A program made the position numbers and the translations under genes. From Eledone cirrhosa (Eukaryota), in the NCBI GenBank assembly GCA_964016885.1, contig OZ024743.1, positions 184,946,001-185,010,000 on the forward strand: 64,000 bases of DNA, in the 5' to 3' direction. The notes beneath the pieces are model-generated. The model saw only the letters and a program-made list of their open reading frames with translations. It had not been told where the DNA came from and ran no database searches. How positions within the stretch are numbered: the stretch's first letter is position 1; each line of letters begins with the position of its first letter. Of the stretch, positions 50,365 through 64,000 are shown one piece after another.

Positions 50365-50718
50365 TCTATCATTTTCTTCATTCATTTTCTTATTGTACTG
50401 TTTGTTGTTTCTGTCTATTTTTTTTATTCAATGCTGTGCACCTCTGTACTATATAGCAAATCAAATCAATAGAACCGGTCAAGTTATTTACTTGTCTATT
50501 TTTCAAGACATCATTACCATGAATTTTTTTTTTTTTTTTTTTTTTGTTGCTAAATATCATTTGTACTTCTCAATTCCGTTAATGAGAGTAAATTTTTTGT
50601 TTGGTAACTTTTCCTTATTCTTTCAACTTTCTTTTTCATTCCATATCTGAAAATATTAAACATTTTACCTGTAATCTATACATTTTTTTCTTTTTGTCTA
50701 TAGGTCTTTACTTTTGTC

Positions 50719-50721
<3 letters not shown>

Positions 50722-50770
<49 letters not shown>

Positions 50771-51118
50771 GTTTTAAAGTTTTTTACTAATTTCTTCTAA
50801 CATCAAATCACTCAGCTATTTTTTTTATATCGTTTGATTTGGTGCTTTTGATCTCTGAATTGTGTTCCGAAGTGGGAAACATGCCAAACACTTTCTATGT
50901 ACCAAACAACAACAGCATCATCATCATCATCATCCTCATCCTCATCCTCGTGGTTGTTGTTGTCATAATCATCCTAATCATCATCATCATCTCCATCATT
51001 GTTGTTGTCGTCATTGTCATCATCATCAACATCATGATCATTATTATCATCGTTGTTGTCATCATCGTCATCATCATCACCATCATCATTGTGGTCATCA
51101 TTGTCATCATCACTATTA
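50722..51118. repeat. (TAT)n and degenerate (CAT)n microsatellites
   Basis: Directly visible. Confidence 0.9.
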
Positions 51119-53495
51119 TAAGCAAATGGGGGCTCATGCGCTGGCTGCCCCACAGCCGTGACAGACAGGCGTTTCTCCAGAGGATAGTGAGGGAGATGTA
51201 TTGGAATAGCCAATGCTAACATGTTCACAGAAGTTCATTTTTCATCCAAGTTATTTTGATTTGTGTGGGCTCTAAGTCATAATTCTCTTACAGTATAGCT
51301 TTTAATCCTTTCACGACCATATTTCTAATTAGTCTGTATTCTCAAATTATTTGGAAATAACTAAGAATTTGGAGTGATTTAGTAAAATAACTAACTTTTT
51401 CATTATTAAGCAGGAAACATAACTTAATGGTTCTTACATACAATTATGATGGAATGAAATAAAAATATTTGTATCATAGAAACAGGAGTTGTTTCATGTG
51501 TTTTGGTAACAAAAGGGATAAGAAAGAAAAGGTTCACATGTGGTATTTGTCCCTGGCACTTTGCCAGTTTAGGAACGAAACTGGTGTTAAACCACTGTTG
51601 TCCTTTTTAAACTATTTAAATGAACAAATTATATTTTATAAGTTCCCTTTTTGAAGTCATGAAGATATAGTAGCTTTGGTGTTGTTATTGAAGTTGTTTC
51701 ACCATGATGACTACCATAACAAAGATCTCACATTCTTCTATGAAGCTATATTAAAACTCCTCAATATCTATAAGTATCTTTTTCCCATAATCACTGCTAA
51801 CTGCTCCTAGATAATGATCAAAGCAAGTTTTAGGGAAAAGATCAGTGTTGTTGAGAAGGTGTTAACACTTTTGATACCAAACTACCTGGAACTGTCCTTC
51901 GTTCTATGAGGCAAAGTTGTTTATTTCAAAGTGATTATATTTATATAAAAAATCTCCCATCATAATTTTATGTAAGAACTTTTGTTAAGTTATGCTCCAG
52001 ACACCAAATTAATGAATAAGATAGTTATATTATTAAATCCCTTCAAATTCTTGATAATTTTCAAAATGATTCAAATATTATAGGCAGTATCTTTCATCAC
52101 AAATATAGTAATGAAACAGTTGAAGTGTTTATATTCTTTTAAAATCACAACCAGATTTTTTTTTAATGTAAGCCTTTTCTTTTCTTTCTTCCTATATTAG
52201 AAACACTCTATTAGTGAACTAAATACTTCATAGAGTAAAAAAATGTTCACATCTAAAAATACAATAATGCTGGCAATTGTAAAATCTAGAAACACTCGCA
52301 TTTCTCTATTCACAGATGTATGCCAGATTGAATTTTAAAAAAGTACACTTAGATTTGACAGGACACTGGCATAGTGTTCTATTTGATAACTTGATACTTT
52401 AATCATTTTAAAGTCTAGAGCAGCTGGCAATGCTCACACATTTTCTTTCTCGTAGCAAATTACTAGAAAATAACAGAGTCCAAATTGGTTTATTTATCTA
52501 TCTATTTATTTTTGTTACATTACTATTCTTCACATCAATTTAATACATTAGCAATGATACTTATAGCTAGGTGAATGACACAGAGCAAGAGGCAAGCTAC
52601 TGGCAAGTAAAGCCCAGGAACCAATGTGTTCCTTCTAATTTCTCCTAACCACCAAGTGGAACATTTTGTGCATTGAGCAAAAATATTTAAAATTCAAAAC
52701 TACTGCATGAAAATATTTCAGAGTTATTGAGAAACAACATTTTGATGTAAGTGACACTAATACAAAAACTGCATTACTACACAGCTCAAAGAGAAATTTG
52801 CCTTAAACCCATTTAACTGAAATTTACTTCTCTTATGTTGCATATTGTCCATTAGAATTTCTAAATTGTAATAAAGCAGAGAAATCTCTTAACCTCTGTT
52901 GCATTATAGAGTTATGCTAGTGAACATAATGCTGAGAATAGCTTTTGTGTTCTTGACAGCAGATACAATACCTTAGCAAAGTTATTGTCCAGAGAGCCAA
53001 CTTTCTCCTTCTAGCATATCCCTATTCTTCAAATAGTGATGAGATGCAAAAGAATAGCAAATACTAAATTCCAAGACACTAGTTCAGGAAGAATTCATGT
53101 ATTCTATGAATTATCTCTCCTCTGAACACACTTCCATGACACTGAGTCATGTAAAAGAAGCCTTGGTACATTTATTTATTTTTATGTTCTTTTTAAAATA
53201 TCTATTTATAATTCTCTTTTTTTTTTTTCAGTGAAGCACTTAGCTTTTTTTTCTGAAGCTTTAGACAGACTAAAACACTTTACCATTTGTTTAAGCCTTA
53301 TTCCTAATTTGATGCATTTTGTGTAACAAAAAATTTTGTATAGTCCCCCGAAGGAGAGATAAGTTCTTTTGAAATAGTTATTGTCTCTGAAGGGGAACAT
53401 ATCAAAGTAAATCAGATGCTAAGCCAATCATCTAAAGAGTATTTTTAAAACTATATTTGTACATCAGTTATTGTTTAAAGGATAGATGTTTTTAA

Positions 53496-53703
53496 TCCTT
53501 TAGCATTTACATTATTCTATATTTACTATTATATTTTCATGGTAAAGGCTTTATCTCACATCATATCGAATCTACGAGATTTTGATGTTATTTATTTTGA
53601 GAACAATACCTTAGCATCAGGATGAGCAGCCAGTTATGGCTGGTTTGAACAGAGAGAGGTGAGAGAATTCTGGCCAGATAAGGCTGGTTTAAATGCTAAA
53701 GGG
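53496..53703. mobile_element. piggyBac-like MITE family 2
   Basis: Colinear with 42334-42552 and flanked by TTAA. Confidence 0.85.
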
Positions 53704-53810
53704 TTAAATATATTAGAATAGTGTTTAAATTATCTCTATGTCCAACAGGATTAGCTTTCAGACTGTTAGACTGTATTCATTATTACATTACATTACTTGT
53801 GTGGATATAT

Positions 53811-55798
53811 ATCATCATCATCATCATTGTTTAACGTCTATTTTTCCATGCTAGCATGGGTTAGACGAGTTAGATGGTGAAACAAGCCAGATCAGATAAC
53901 CATGTCATGCTCAGAACTGTTTCTGGCTTGGTTTCTTATGGCTGGATGCCCTTCCTAACACCAATGACATTTACAGTGTGGACTGGGTGCGTTTTGTCAT
54001 CACACCTACACAACCACATTAAAGTGTGGGACTTTGGTGGGAAAGGTGTGTGAGGATTGGCGAGATGGGTATATGGGTATGTGTGAGGGACGGAGTGTTA
54101 GGACGTGGGAGGTGGTGAATGGATAGGGTGATGGAAGGGAAGGTGGTGCATACTAGATGTATGCTTAGCCTGTGCTCATGTGAAGGTGAGTCTTCTGTAT
54201 TACAGCATAATGCCTGAGACCTCGGTCCTGTGTCATCACATTTGAGAGATGCAATTGTGCAAGGTCAACTTTTATCACCTCATCCCAAGTCCTCCTGGCT
54301 CTTTCTACTCCATAGTTTCCATTAACTTTGAGTGATTTTCACCTTTTTATACAGCTGTCATCCTTCATACACATCACATGTCCATACCAATGCAATCTCC
54401 TCTCCTGCACACTGCATCTGATCCTTCTTATGACTCAGTTTGTTTATGCTTTGCCATTCACATATATTACTATTACACATCCTTCAAAGCATGCAAGCTT
54501 CAGTTCTTTCCCATCTTTGCAAGGCCCCTCCCCACAGTGCCCAGGCCTCACTACCATGCAACATTGCTGTTTGTATACATACACCGTACAATCTGCATTT
54601 CATTTTGAGGTAGAAACCTTTTATAGCTTGCAGTGGTAGTAGCTCCCTGAATTTCTTCCATCCTGTTCACACTCTGGCTACTGTACTTTCTGAACATGCA
54701 CCTCTGCTGCTAATTTGGTCAACCAGGTAACAGAAGCTGACTATTGCTTTACCAAACTTTCCCAGAATTTAATAGCACTTGTTTCCTGTGGTCATTGGCT
54801 TACTGTTCTGCTTACGGTCCTGCTTACTGTTCTGATGCAACAGCTACATGTAAAACCTATGTTCTTAGCTAAACTACCTAAAATTCGACTACGTCTCTTG
54901 TGTACTCATAGTTTGCATTTGGGACAGAAGATGAAATTTTTACCTACACCTTTCCTACACATTGAGCAAGGCCATTTCCCCGAGGAGATCAGGGCTCTGT
55001 TTTCTCTTTTACTTACTAGGACCTTAGTCTTTGTTAGGTTGATTTTAAGACCCTTTGTTTCTAGGCCATGCTTCCAGCTTTGGAATTTTTTCTCTAACTC
55101 TGCCATAAATTCAGCTATGAGTGTAAGATCATTTGCATACAGGAGTTCCCATGGGCAGCCAATCTTAAACTCCTCTGTTATAGCCTGCAGAATGATAATA
55201 AATAGGAGAGGCCTAAAAACAGAGTCCTGGTGGACACCAACTTGCATGCTAAATTCCTCGCTATGGTCATTGTTAATCATAAATTTGCTGACTGCTCCTC
55301 TATACATGGCTTGTACAGCCTTCACAAGCCACTCATCTACCCCTAGTTTTCTAAGAACCCACTAGATTATGGCAGAGGGGACTTTGTTAAAAGCTTTCTC
55401 CAGATCAACAAATGTCAGATCGAGCAGCTTACATTTAGCTAGGTACTTCTGTAGCTGCTTCACAAGGAAGGGAGCATCTGTGATGCTTTTATCTGGCACA
55501 AATCCGATTTGCATCTCATCTAGATTAACCTGGTCCCTAATCTGCTGTGATATAACTCTTTCTGTTACTTTCATGACCTGGTCCATCAACTTGATGCCTC
55601 TATAGTTTCTTCTATCTAGTGCATCTCTTTTATCCTTGTAGCAGTTGACAATGATGCTGCTGCACTAATCATTCAGTGTGACACCATTCAGTATTACTTG
55701 ATTTATAATACGAGTGGTTAAGGCGTGACCCAAATGCTTTCAGCATCTCAGCAACTATCCCTGATGGACTGGCTGCTTTCCCAGTTTTCATATCCTTA
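53811..55798 (-). mobile_element. 5'-truncated RTE-clade LINE, same family as 17731-19424
   Basis: MDQVMKVTERVISQQIRD, FVDLEKAFNKVP, GVHQDS, CPWELLYANDL, KWPCSMCRKGVG; (GAT)n tail at 53811. Confidence 0.93.
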
Positions 55799-55874
55799 TA
55801 TATATTTGAATTAAAAAAACCAAGGTTTTTAAACCAAATCCATCTTTAAAATTAATAGTAGAATATTCCGTTAT

Positions 55875-55942
55875 AATCACTCACACATGTGAGTGATTCA
55901 TCATTTCATTTTCAATGAAAATGAAATGATGAATCACTCACA
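55875..55942. repeat. Perfect palindrome with 27-bp arms plus an overlapping palindrome with 11-bp arms
   Basis: 55888-55914 is the exact reverse complement of 55916-55942; aatcactcaca (55875-55885) pairs with tgtgagtgatt (55888-55898). Confidence 0.95.
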
Positions 55943-56206
55943 CATACATATATATATATATGGATCTATATAAATATATAGAAATCGAGCCAGAATCAGT
56001 TCCCGTCCCACCCTTGCAAGCAGAGAAAAGCGGACGTAAAATGATGATGATGATAACTGACAAAGCAATTACAAACATGAGATTTAGAAAGGTGATCTCA
56101 AAGAAATGTTTGACATTGCAAGCCAAGACGTTTTTGAACAAAATGATGTTCCATCTGAAGACAAAACTTTCCTTTTTTTTTTTAGAGTAATTAGGTTTAT
56201 TTACAA

Positions 56207-57379
56207 CTAGCAGTGTATCCCGGTATTGCACGAGTAAGAACATTGGTAATAGCACCTCCAATGAGAAACATTTATTTGTGAGTGCCTGTTAAAACTCACG
56301 AAAATATACCGACAGGAAACTTGTTTTATTTGGAGAAAATTAAGAAGTTGAAAGTACAGTTTAGCTGTCTACGTGCATTGTTCATAGAAATATTGTTGAG
56401 CCCCTTCTTTTCATACTCCTCTGTTTTGGCCTATTGGAGTAAATGTGAAAGAGAAAGTCACAGGTTAAGTTGGCAGAAGGTTCCAGTGCAATAGCAGTAA
56501 GGCGTAGGCTACTTACCTCAAAAGTTCATTTACACTCTCTTGTCACTAAGTTACTCTTTCTCTCTATCCCTCTCGGTGCAGTCGCTTGCGAATTTCTTGC
56601 GTAGGCCTGGTGTAGATTTGCACTCGATCCATCTGCCCAATGCACATGTTCGCTTTGTATGGCTTTTGGAGGAAGGAGTGACCAGCAGTACGTTGTTCGG
56701 TATTATTACGAAAAAGTGTAGCAGAGAATCTTGCATAAACTAACAGCTCAGGAGGAAACTGCTTACCTCGAACATTCATTCACTATCGTTCTTGTCAACT
56801 CTCTGTTTAGTTGGTATTTGTTGGTCTACAGTTAGATGAATGGCGTACAAAGGGTTAATGTTTATTGGCAAGAAGTGGCAACTGGGCTGGCTTGCCTTGC
56901 TTATATTATATATTAAAATAACAGATTAAAGTTTAAGCAAAGAATCGTTGCTTTCACCCTTAATGGGATAGTCTGAAACTAAAAAAATCAATCTGTGAAC
57001 GCAGAAGTAAATATTTCGAAAAACGTTGCAACCGAAGGAAAACAGGAAGACGATACTTTGGTTCGTGAAGACGTTCCCTGGCAATGAACGGAAAATACCG
57101 AACATAATACGTCATCAACGTTTGTCATAATGTCCTAATGCAGACAGTCAGACATACAGACAGATATTATAAGGGCACGACGGAGATCGATAACCGGTGC
57201 CTAACACCCCTTTAACAACAGAAAATTGAAAAATAAAAGCTGCAGTTAATATCTTTATACCGCAAGGAATATATAAATGCAAGTTTGAAGTCAATCGGAG
57301 TAGAAATGTGGATTTGTATAGACTTTGCAAAAATGAGGTCACACACACAGACAACTACAGTTTTATATATATGTATAGA
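56207..57379 (-). mobile_element. Helitron 3, non-autonomous
   Basis: A|TCTATACATATATATAAAAC start at 57379; ends ...CCGGGATACACTGCTAG|T at 56207; 5' subterminal block (gcaagtttgaagtcaatcgg.gtagaaatgtgga) resembles Helitron 1 at 36370-36460. Confidence 0.8.
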
Positions 57380-57409
57380 TAGTTTATAACTTTGCCTATT
57401 AATCCGTAT

Positions 57410-57960
57410 GGTGGGCAAATGGCGTCCCACGTGCCGGCCTCCCCACAGCCCTGGCGGACAGGATGGAGAAGGCGTTTCCCCAGAGGATGGTAAGGGAGAT
57501 GCACTGGAAGAACCATTCCAACTCGCAAAGCTCATACCTGCGGCTGGCCAGCTCAGCTCCTATGGTGGTGAATAGGGCGGTAGTCTTAGAGCCAAAGACA
57601 TCAGAAGTCTCCACTGCCAAGGGCATGACCACGAACCTATCAGAGAGCGACCGGTACTTGGAGAGTTTGGCCTCCTCAGCCCGACATGCTGCAGTATCTG
57701 GGTTAGTCACAGACTGCACTAGGTTGTGGCTGGAGCAAGTGTCGCTGCAAGTGGCATCCCAGACGAGGGGTTTGCCACCGCGGAATGGAAAGATGGTCAT
57801 ACCGTCTGGCCTTTTGCCATCCCTTTAGTCCAACCCCACTGGCTCGAGCTGGGAGGGAAGCCTGCAGCATCCAAGCCATGCTTAATGACCTCATTGAGGG
57901 CAGCATAGCATGGAAGGTGGCCGGCACTGTGGCAACAGGAAAGCGGGTGGAGGCTGCACA
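57410..57960 (-). mobile_element. CRE-like non-LTR retrotransposon 3' fragment with a restriction-like endonuclease domain
   Basis: H.LSC...LNEVIKHGL (zinc-knuckle region), DGKRPDG, LVWDATCSDT, AEEAKLSKY, PLAVET, FQCISLTILWGNA: the PD-(D/E)xK RLE C-terminus of early-branching non-LTR elements. Confidence 0.85.
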
Positions 57961-57999
57961 GCAGGAATATCAGATGTCTTCGTTCATGGCTGGTGAACA

Positions 58000-59090
58000 T
58001 GTGAGAGCCATTCAGAAACAGGAAAAGAAGATTCATGATATGAAAGTAAGAAAGAGAAAGCAGGAATAAGAAGTCAAGTTGTCCAAGAAAGTAGCTCTTG
58101 AATGTTAATCATCCAACTCAGCTATTAATGATGATGATGTCAGCACTGCCCCGAAAATCACCACGAATAAAGCCGACTCATGATGCCATTCTTGTTTCCA
58201 CATGGGAATGGGAGAAACTATCGGTATGACAAGCATGTATTTCTTACATTACAATTGCGAAGAGTCTTTGTCATGATGTATCTGAAATCTTGGATTCCTC
58301 TTCAACTGATTATTGAGCAAGAAACAGTCACTGTGAGAAGATGGCTTAGGAAATCGAGTTATCTTCTTTCTCACCTGAAGACAGATCCTGGCTAGTCCTC
58401 TATTTGGATGGAGAATTATCACCATTGTCTTCTCAATCCAATACACTTGAAAATTGGATTGCAGTTTTAATTACAGGAAAAGGAAAGGAGGAGCACTTAG
58501 ATGTTCCGATTGCAAGAGATGGAACTGGACAACAAATTGCCAAAGTTGTTTTGAAGGAAATTCAACGACTCAAAATTGAGGATAGAATAATTAGTGTGTC
58601 CTTTAACACCACCAGTAACACCAGCATGCACCAAGGAGCTAATAAGCAAATTGAAGCAGCTCTGAAAAATCCCTTTTGTGGCTGGCTTGTCATCATTTCA
58701 TTCTTGAAATGGTTTTGAAGAAAGTCTTTGAGATATTTTTCTCATCATCTGGTCCTGGTATCCCAATGTTCAAAATGTTCCAGTAACTTTGGAACTTCAT
58801 CGATAAATCTCATTATCAAAATATCCTGGATGATGTTGAGCCCCTGGAAGATTTTTACAAGCAAAGGAGATGGTTGAATATCTACTGAGTGTATTGCTTT
58901 CTGGAGACCATCCTCGAGAAGACTATGCTGAGTTAATAAAACTCTCCCTTCTCTATCTTGGTGGTTAGCCATCCCTAGTTCTCCCAGGCTCGTTGGGTGG
59001 CTAAAGCCATATATGTGATCAAGATAATTCTGTTCAAAGAAAAACTTTAGCTTACACCACGTGAATTGAGAGATCTAGAAAAATTAGTTT
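58000..59090 (+). pseudogene. Degraded DDE transposase, hAT-like (probably hATm type)
   Basis: Colinear motifs across frameshifts: LYLDGEL, DGTGQQIA, SFNTTSNT..HQGA, LACHHFILEMVL (CxxH region), GPGIPMFKMFQ, HPREDYAELIKLSLLYLGG, ARWVAKAIYVIK. Subfamily assignment is from memory of the family, not from a search. Confidence 0.75.
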
Positions 59091-60221
59091 CTGGTTATAA
59101 ATTTCATTCATAAATGTTTCTCTTTTAAACCCCCAAATTATTGTATATTTAGAACATCTTTCTGCTTATTTCCATTTCATTTGCCTGCTTATTATCATTT
59201 TAACAAGTTCCCCAGAGGACAAAGGGAGCTGTTTCTGATAATAAATTTCATCCATAAAAAGTGTTTCACTATTTAACCCCTATATTATTGTGTATTTAGA
59301 TTATATTCCACATTTTCATTTCATTTTGTTCTGTCGTGTGATTTCCTCATTGAATTCAGTAAAGTGAACAGAAAGGACCAAATACCACTGGGTAATTAAA
59401 TAAATAAAATGATGTGAAAGTGAGCAACCCCCAAATATTATTCAATTGACCTACAATTTGGTATACCTCGTTATTTTATCAATTTGAACATAGGCATAAT
59501 CAAGATGAGATGTTTGGCGAATAGCTTGCAAAATAGAACACCTTAAGATGGACGCCCTTCTTAATGCCAATCACATTGCAGTGTACTGGGTACATTTTTT
59601 TGTGCCATCAGCAATTCCACTTTACAGTGTATATTGGGTGCATTTTATGGCACCAGCACTACCACTTACAGAGTATATTGGGTGTATTTTATGATGGCAC
59701 CAACACTAGAGCATCCATTATGATCTCAGCAAGGCAAAGAGAGGCAGTAATGAGAAATAATGAGATTATGGAAGCAGAGGCACACTGGAGGGCGCAATAG
59801 TAACTATATATTTGCTACTGGAAAAAAGGAGGAGAAAAAATAGGGAGAGCAAGAACATGTGTTGCGTGGTGGATGTTATTAGAAGTAGCTTTAAGGAGAT
59901 GGAGTGATGGCTAGCCAATCAGAAAGTGTTGCTTTGGTGGGGATGATGGGTGAACAGATTCAAAAGATTGTAGGGAGAGAAATTGGATATATACAAGATT
60001 AAGTGTATCCCTCTTTATGTGGGTATGACCAAACAATGATTATGGGTATGGGTGGATGAGAAATCAATTAGTGGTGGGAGTCTGGCTTATCCTAGTTTTG
60101 TTGGCAGTATGGATTGGAGAATAAGAGACAGTACACATAGCAAAAATCTTGAACTCAAGTAGAGAACAAGAACTGCATAGCATCATCTAAAGTCAATTGC
60201 TAAAAGTATCACCTTGACACT

Positions 60222-60252
<31 letters not shown>

Positions 60253-62679
60253 TATAGAGGCAACAAAAAACAGGATAAATATAAAAAAATAGCAAAGAGA
60301 CTGTGGAAATGAATAAAGAGGACAGAAGAACAAACAAAATATAACAGGGACCTGGTCAGTTATTGGGTGTCTATTTGAGACATTTCCAGATCTAACAATG
60401 AGCATTTAGTTGTTCAATCAACTAAACATCTGATCAATGCATTAACGTGTTAATAGCTTAATATTCCACTGGCATGTATACACTCAACATAATGTAGAAT
60501 CAGCATGACATAATTTGTGACAAGGCTGAACCTTTCAATTATAAGTACAGTCCATCTGATAGGCTTCCAGTTTCTACCTACCTAATTTCACATATAAAGC
60601 TTGAGTCAATCTTAGTCTATGGTAAAGACACTTGTTCAAGATGCCATGCAGTGAGATTGAATCCAAGCCCTCATGATTGTGAAACAAACTTCTTAATCAC
60701 TCATGCAAACATGAATGGCTTCTGACTGCTATGAACTTACATATGGCACAGGATAGAAATAAGTGTACAATGACACACTGAAAGGGGCTTAATGTAGGCT
60801 TAATCTGTTGTTTGGTTTAATGCTACCACCAGGCTCTTGAGTGCTTTTGGCAGACTCTACTCTGTTGCAAGCATTGTTGATTTCAAATGATATGTAAATC
60901 TCTTGATTATCGAGTGACAGTGCCTCAACATTGAGTGACCACATAGAGTCATCCTCATTGATTTGTCGTTAAATATTTTTTAAAAGGAAGCATTTAAATA
61001 GTATATTTTATTCCCTGAGAATGTTGTGAAGAGAAATGGAATGGAATGGTTAGATCATGTGTTGAGGAAGGGGAAAACCAAAACAAAAGACATGGCTAAA
61101 GATGATAGAGGAGGAAATAAAAGCTCTGGGTAGTGATGTAACCAATAGGACAAAATAGAGAAGCTTGTGATGGGGCCCACAAAGCTAATCCCTGTTTTAG
61201 CTGAGAAAACAAATTAAATATGCTGGTTGTTGTTATGTCTTTACTCAAGGGTGGAGTTGACTCTGATAGGATTTAAAATAAGAGTTATGTTGCAATTTAA
61301 GGTGGTTGGTTTGGCTAAATTAGTGGAGTGTTGAAAATTTCTCAGTGCCCTGAGTTCAAATCCTGCCAAAGTCCTCTTTGCTTTTCATATTTGTAGGGTC
61401 GATAAGGAAAGTGCCAACCCAGTACTGGTCCAACCCTCTTTCTTTCCAGCTGTCACATCCTTTATGTTCAGATAGATCAACAGAGGGTGGATTGAGAGCA
61501 TATCTGTGTTTGATCACGCCTGCATAAGCTCCTAAAAGCATGGTAAAATACTAGATTATGAGTGGCAGCTGTGGTTTTAATATCAATTTACTTTTAACTG
61601 GCAACTAAGAGCCTTTACTTTGAGAGGAGAAAATTAGCAGTAATGTGAGATTGTGATAAGAAAAGTGAACTTCAATAGACAATTGAAGCTGTGTTACAGA
61701 TTTGACTCACCAAGGGTTTATCTCTTGTTCTACAGCATTTGAAAATATAGTTTATTGAATCAATGCCCCCCCCCCCCCCCCCTGGTACATTTATCTTTTT
61801 TTTACCATTTAGCCAGGGAGGGAAGGACAGCACCCATAACTCTTTAATAATCAGGCCCTTTGAGATTGATGGGAAGAAGTTATCCTTAAACAAAATTCCT
61901 GGCCAAAATTCTAGTAATAAAGTGGTCCACTGAGCAGGTGAATAGAAATAAAATCACTTGAAAAAAGTCAAACTTTTGGCTTGGTAAGAAAGTTTAAGTG
62001 CTTTCAGATTTTTTTTCTTATATCTTTATATATTTAAGTTTCTATCATTTTAAATACATTACTTACCCTTTTCCTGGATTTAGTGTAGTTAAACAAGGCA
62101 ATTGATTAATGTTACCATCTAAGAATTCAGAATGCAAAGAGCTGGAAAAATACTCCAAAGTATCTCGTTTGCTCTAACCATTCTGTTAGTTCACCTTCCT
62201 GGACTTGTACTTGACTGACTGCTTTCATTTCATGCTGATTGCCAACACCTCCAGTCTTCTTGGTCCCCAAAACTGCTATTTTCGTCAGCAAAATTGAGAG
62301 GAGAGCAATCTACCTGAAGAAGCAACTATAGCTGAAGCTGAAGGGTTTGCTGGCTGTTCGATTCAGCCATGCTTTCACTACCTTGTTCACAAGGTGTAGC
62401 TAAGAATTTGCCCTTCTCATTTTCATTATTTAATTTTTTTTCCTTTCTTACTATGAGATTATTTCAAACTATTTATTTTTATTTTTATTTGTCATTATAC
62501 TTTGCCAGTCTTCAGTATCTGTATCTCACTGCTATTTTTCAGGTATTACAACAGTCAGTGTTTCTGAATTAGTCTGCTAATTATGAATGTAATCAGTACC
62601 TCCACACATAAATACACTCACTATACCTACCACATCCAACTCCTGTTATTTTTTGTATTTTTCTTTTTAGCCTATTTAT

Positions 62680-63015
62680 TCTTGAGTCATATAGGCAGGG
62701 TCCCCAGACATACCTTCCAGAAGGTCCTAGCAAAAGCAACCTTCTCCAAATGATCCAGATAGATCCCCAAGCGAGATTAATTGAGCTTATGGATGTTATC
62801 CATCTTCCTGGGACTCCTGCTGGTTGGCTTTGCCTGTAAAATATGCCTAGCAATTCATTCCTTAGGCATTCTGGCTACATGATTGTAGTACCGGAGTTGT
62901 AATTTCTCAATTCGAAGAAATAACAACTCTACTCTGAGCTTCGCACTCTATTGAGTAACATTAGACCAAAACTCTTTTGGAAGAACCCTATTTCAGTAAA
63001 TGTATTTGCAATCAC
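62680..63015 (-). mobile_element. Second RTE family 3' fragment
   Basis: Reverse complement similarity to 23745-24100 (gatccccaagc, gaaccctatttcagt, gtatttgcaatc). Confidence 0.65.
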
Positions 63016-64000
63016 GACTCAAGATTCATAACAATAGGTAAAGATAAGCACAAATACAGAATTTAAGATAGTGAGTTTGGTTTTTAGACCTTCACTTGAT
63101 GACTGAGTGCTCCAGCAATTTAAATTTTTTTTTTTTACTTTATTAACGATGAAATGCAAAGTTGAACTCATCAGGATGTGAACTTGAAGTGTAAAGAACT
63201 GGAACAAACGCCATATGACATTTTGTCTTTTGCTCTAACGATTCTGCCAAATTTCTCGCCTGGTATATATTTTATCGCCCCTTAGAGAGAGATGGGGAGA
63301 GACGAAGTTAACGTAAGTGCGATTTGAACTCAGAATATAAAGGGGCGTAATTAAATGCTATTGAGCTATTTAATCCAACAATCTGGTGTTTTTATCATTC
63401 TGCAGTGGCAATAATATATAACAATACGGAAACAACAGCTTTTAAGCAATTTAACTAGATGCTGGTCAAGAGCTTAATTAATATATACATATGGATCCAA
63501 GCTAGCAGCAGGACAACGGACTCTTATTTTTTTTATGGAGAATGCCGAAATAAATGTAGTGTAATGTTTATTTTTTGTTACCCTTTTAAAAAAATAAATT
63601 ATTTATTATAACAACTGAAGCTAGGAGAAATAATAATGAAATAAGAGGGAAAGGGACAGCATAATTAAATTGAAGTATTTAAGGAATTAATTAAAAATAT
63701 ATTTCGGTATGAAATTAAATCAAAGGAAATGTTTGATGATTGATTAATTAGGAAACCTTTGATAACATCCATTCCAGGAAGGATAAAGATATAGGAAGTA
63801 GTTTCATATATTTATGTATTTGTGTGTGCTGAAGAATATATATATATAATATGCTCGCACACAAAAAGATGTAGAAATTATTTAGAAGAGGGGAGTGATG
63901 TATAACGAGGGGGAAAATAAAATAAAAAGAATAATACATGCACAAACGCAGGAAAAGATAGAAAAAAAAAGAAAAAAGTAACGGACGTAGTATGAAGCAT

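Noticed and set aside
43517-51228. Poly-Thr, poly-His, poly-Glu, poly-Val and Ile/Tyr-rich ORFs in the track (also 36846-37332)
   Set aside because: They are translations of microsatellites and minisatellites with no splice or domain support.

Overview
AT-rich, repeat-dense eukaryotic (animal) genomic DNA, not prokaryotic. The SINE/LINE families and the abundant (TA)n, (CAT)n and (ACT)n microsatellites suggest an octopus-like cephalopod (inference). One complete host gene is supported: the four-exon U2 snRNP subunit SF3B6/p14 on the + strand (14210-28378, 124 aa, all GT-AG introns). A possible divergent first coding exon lies on the - strand about 410 bp upstream. Almost everything else is transposon-derived: RTE, CR1 and CRE-like (restriction-like endonuclease) non-LTR fragments, two groups of tRNA-derived SINEs, hAT, Tc1/pogo and piggyBac-like MITEs, a hAT-type transposase pseudogene and three Helitrons. 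Two of the Helitrons are stacked head-to-tail inside a MITE. Nearly all ORFs in the supplied track are spurious or TE remnants. I see no convincing new biological system. The best leads are the Helitron stack (palindromic terminus, hairpin minisatellite, ~177-bp periodic motif array), several long inverted repeats inside the SF3B6 introns, and a LINE-SINE partner pair. Boundaries of degraded repeats were read by eye and are approximate; exon, TSD and Helitron end coordinates were counted exactly.
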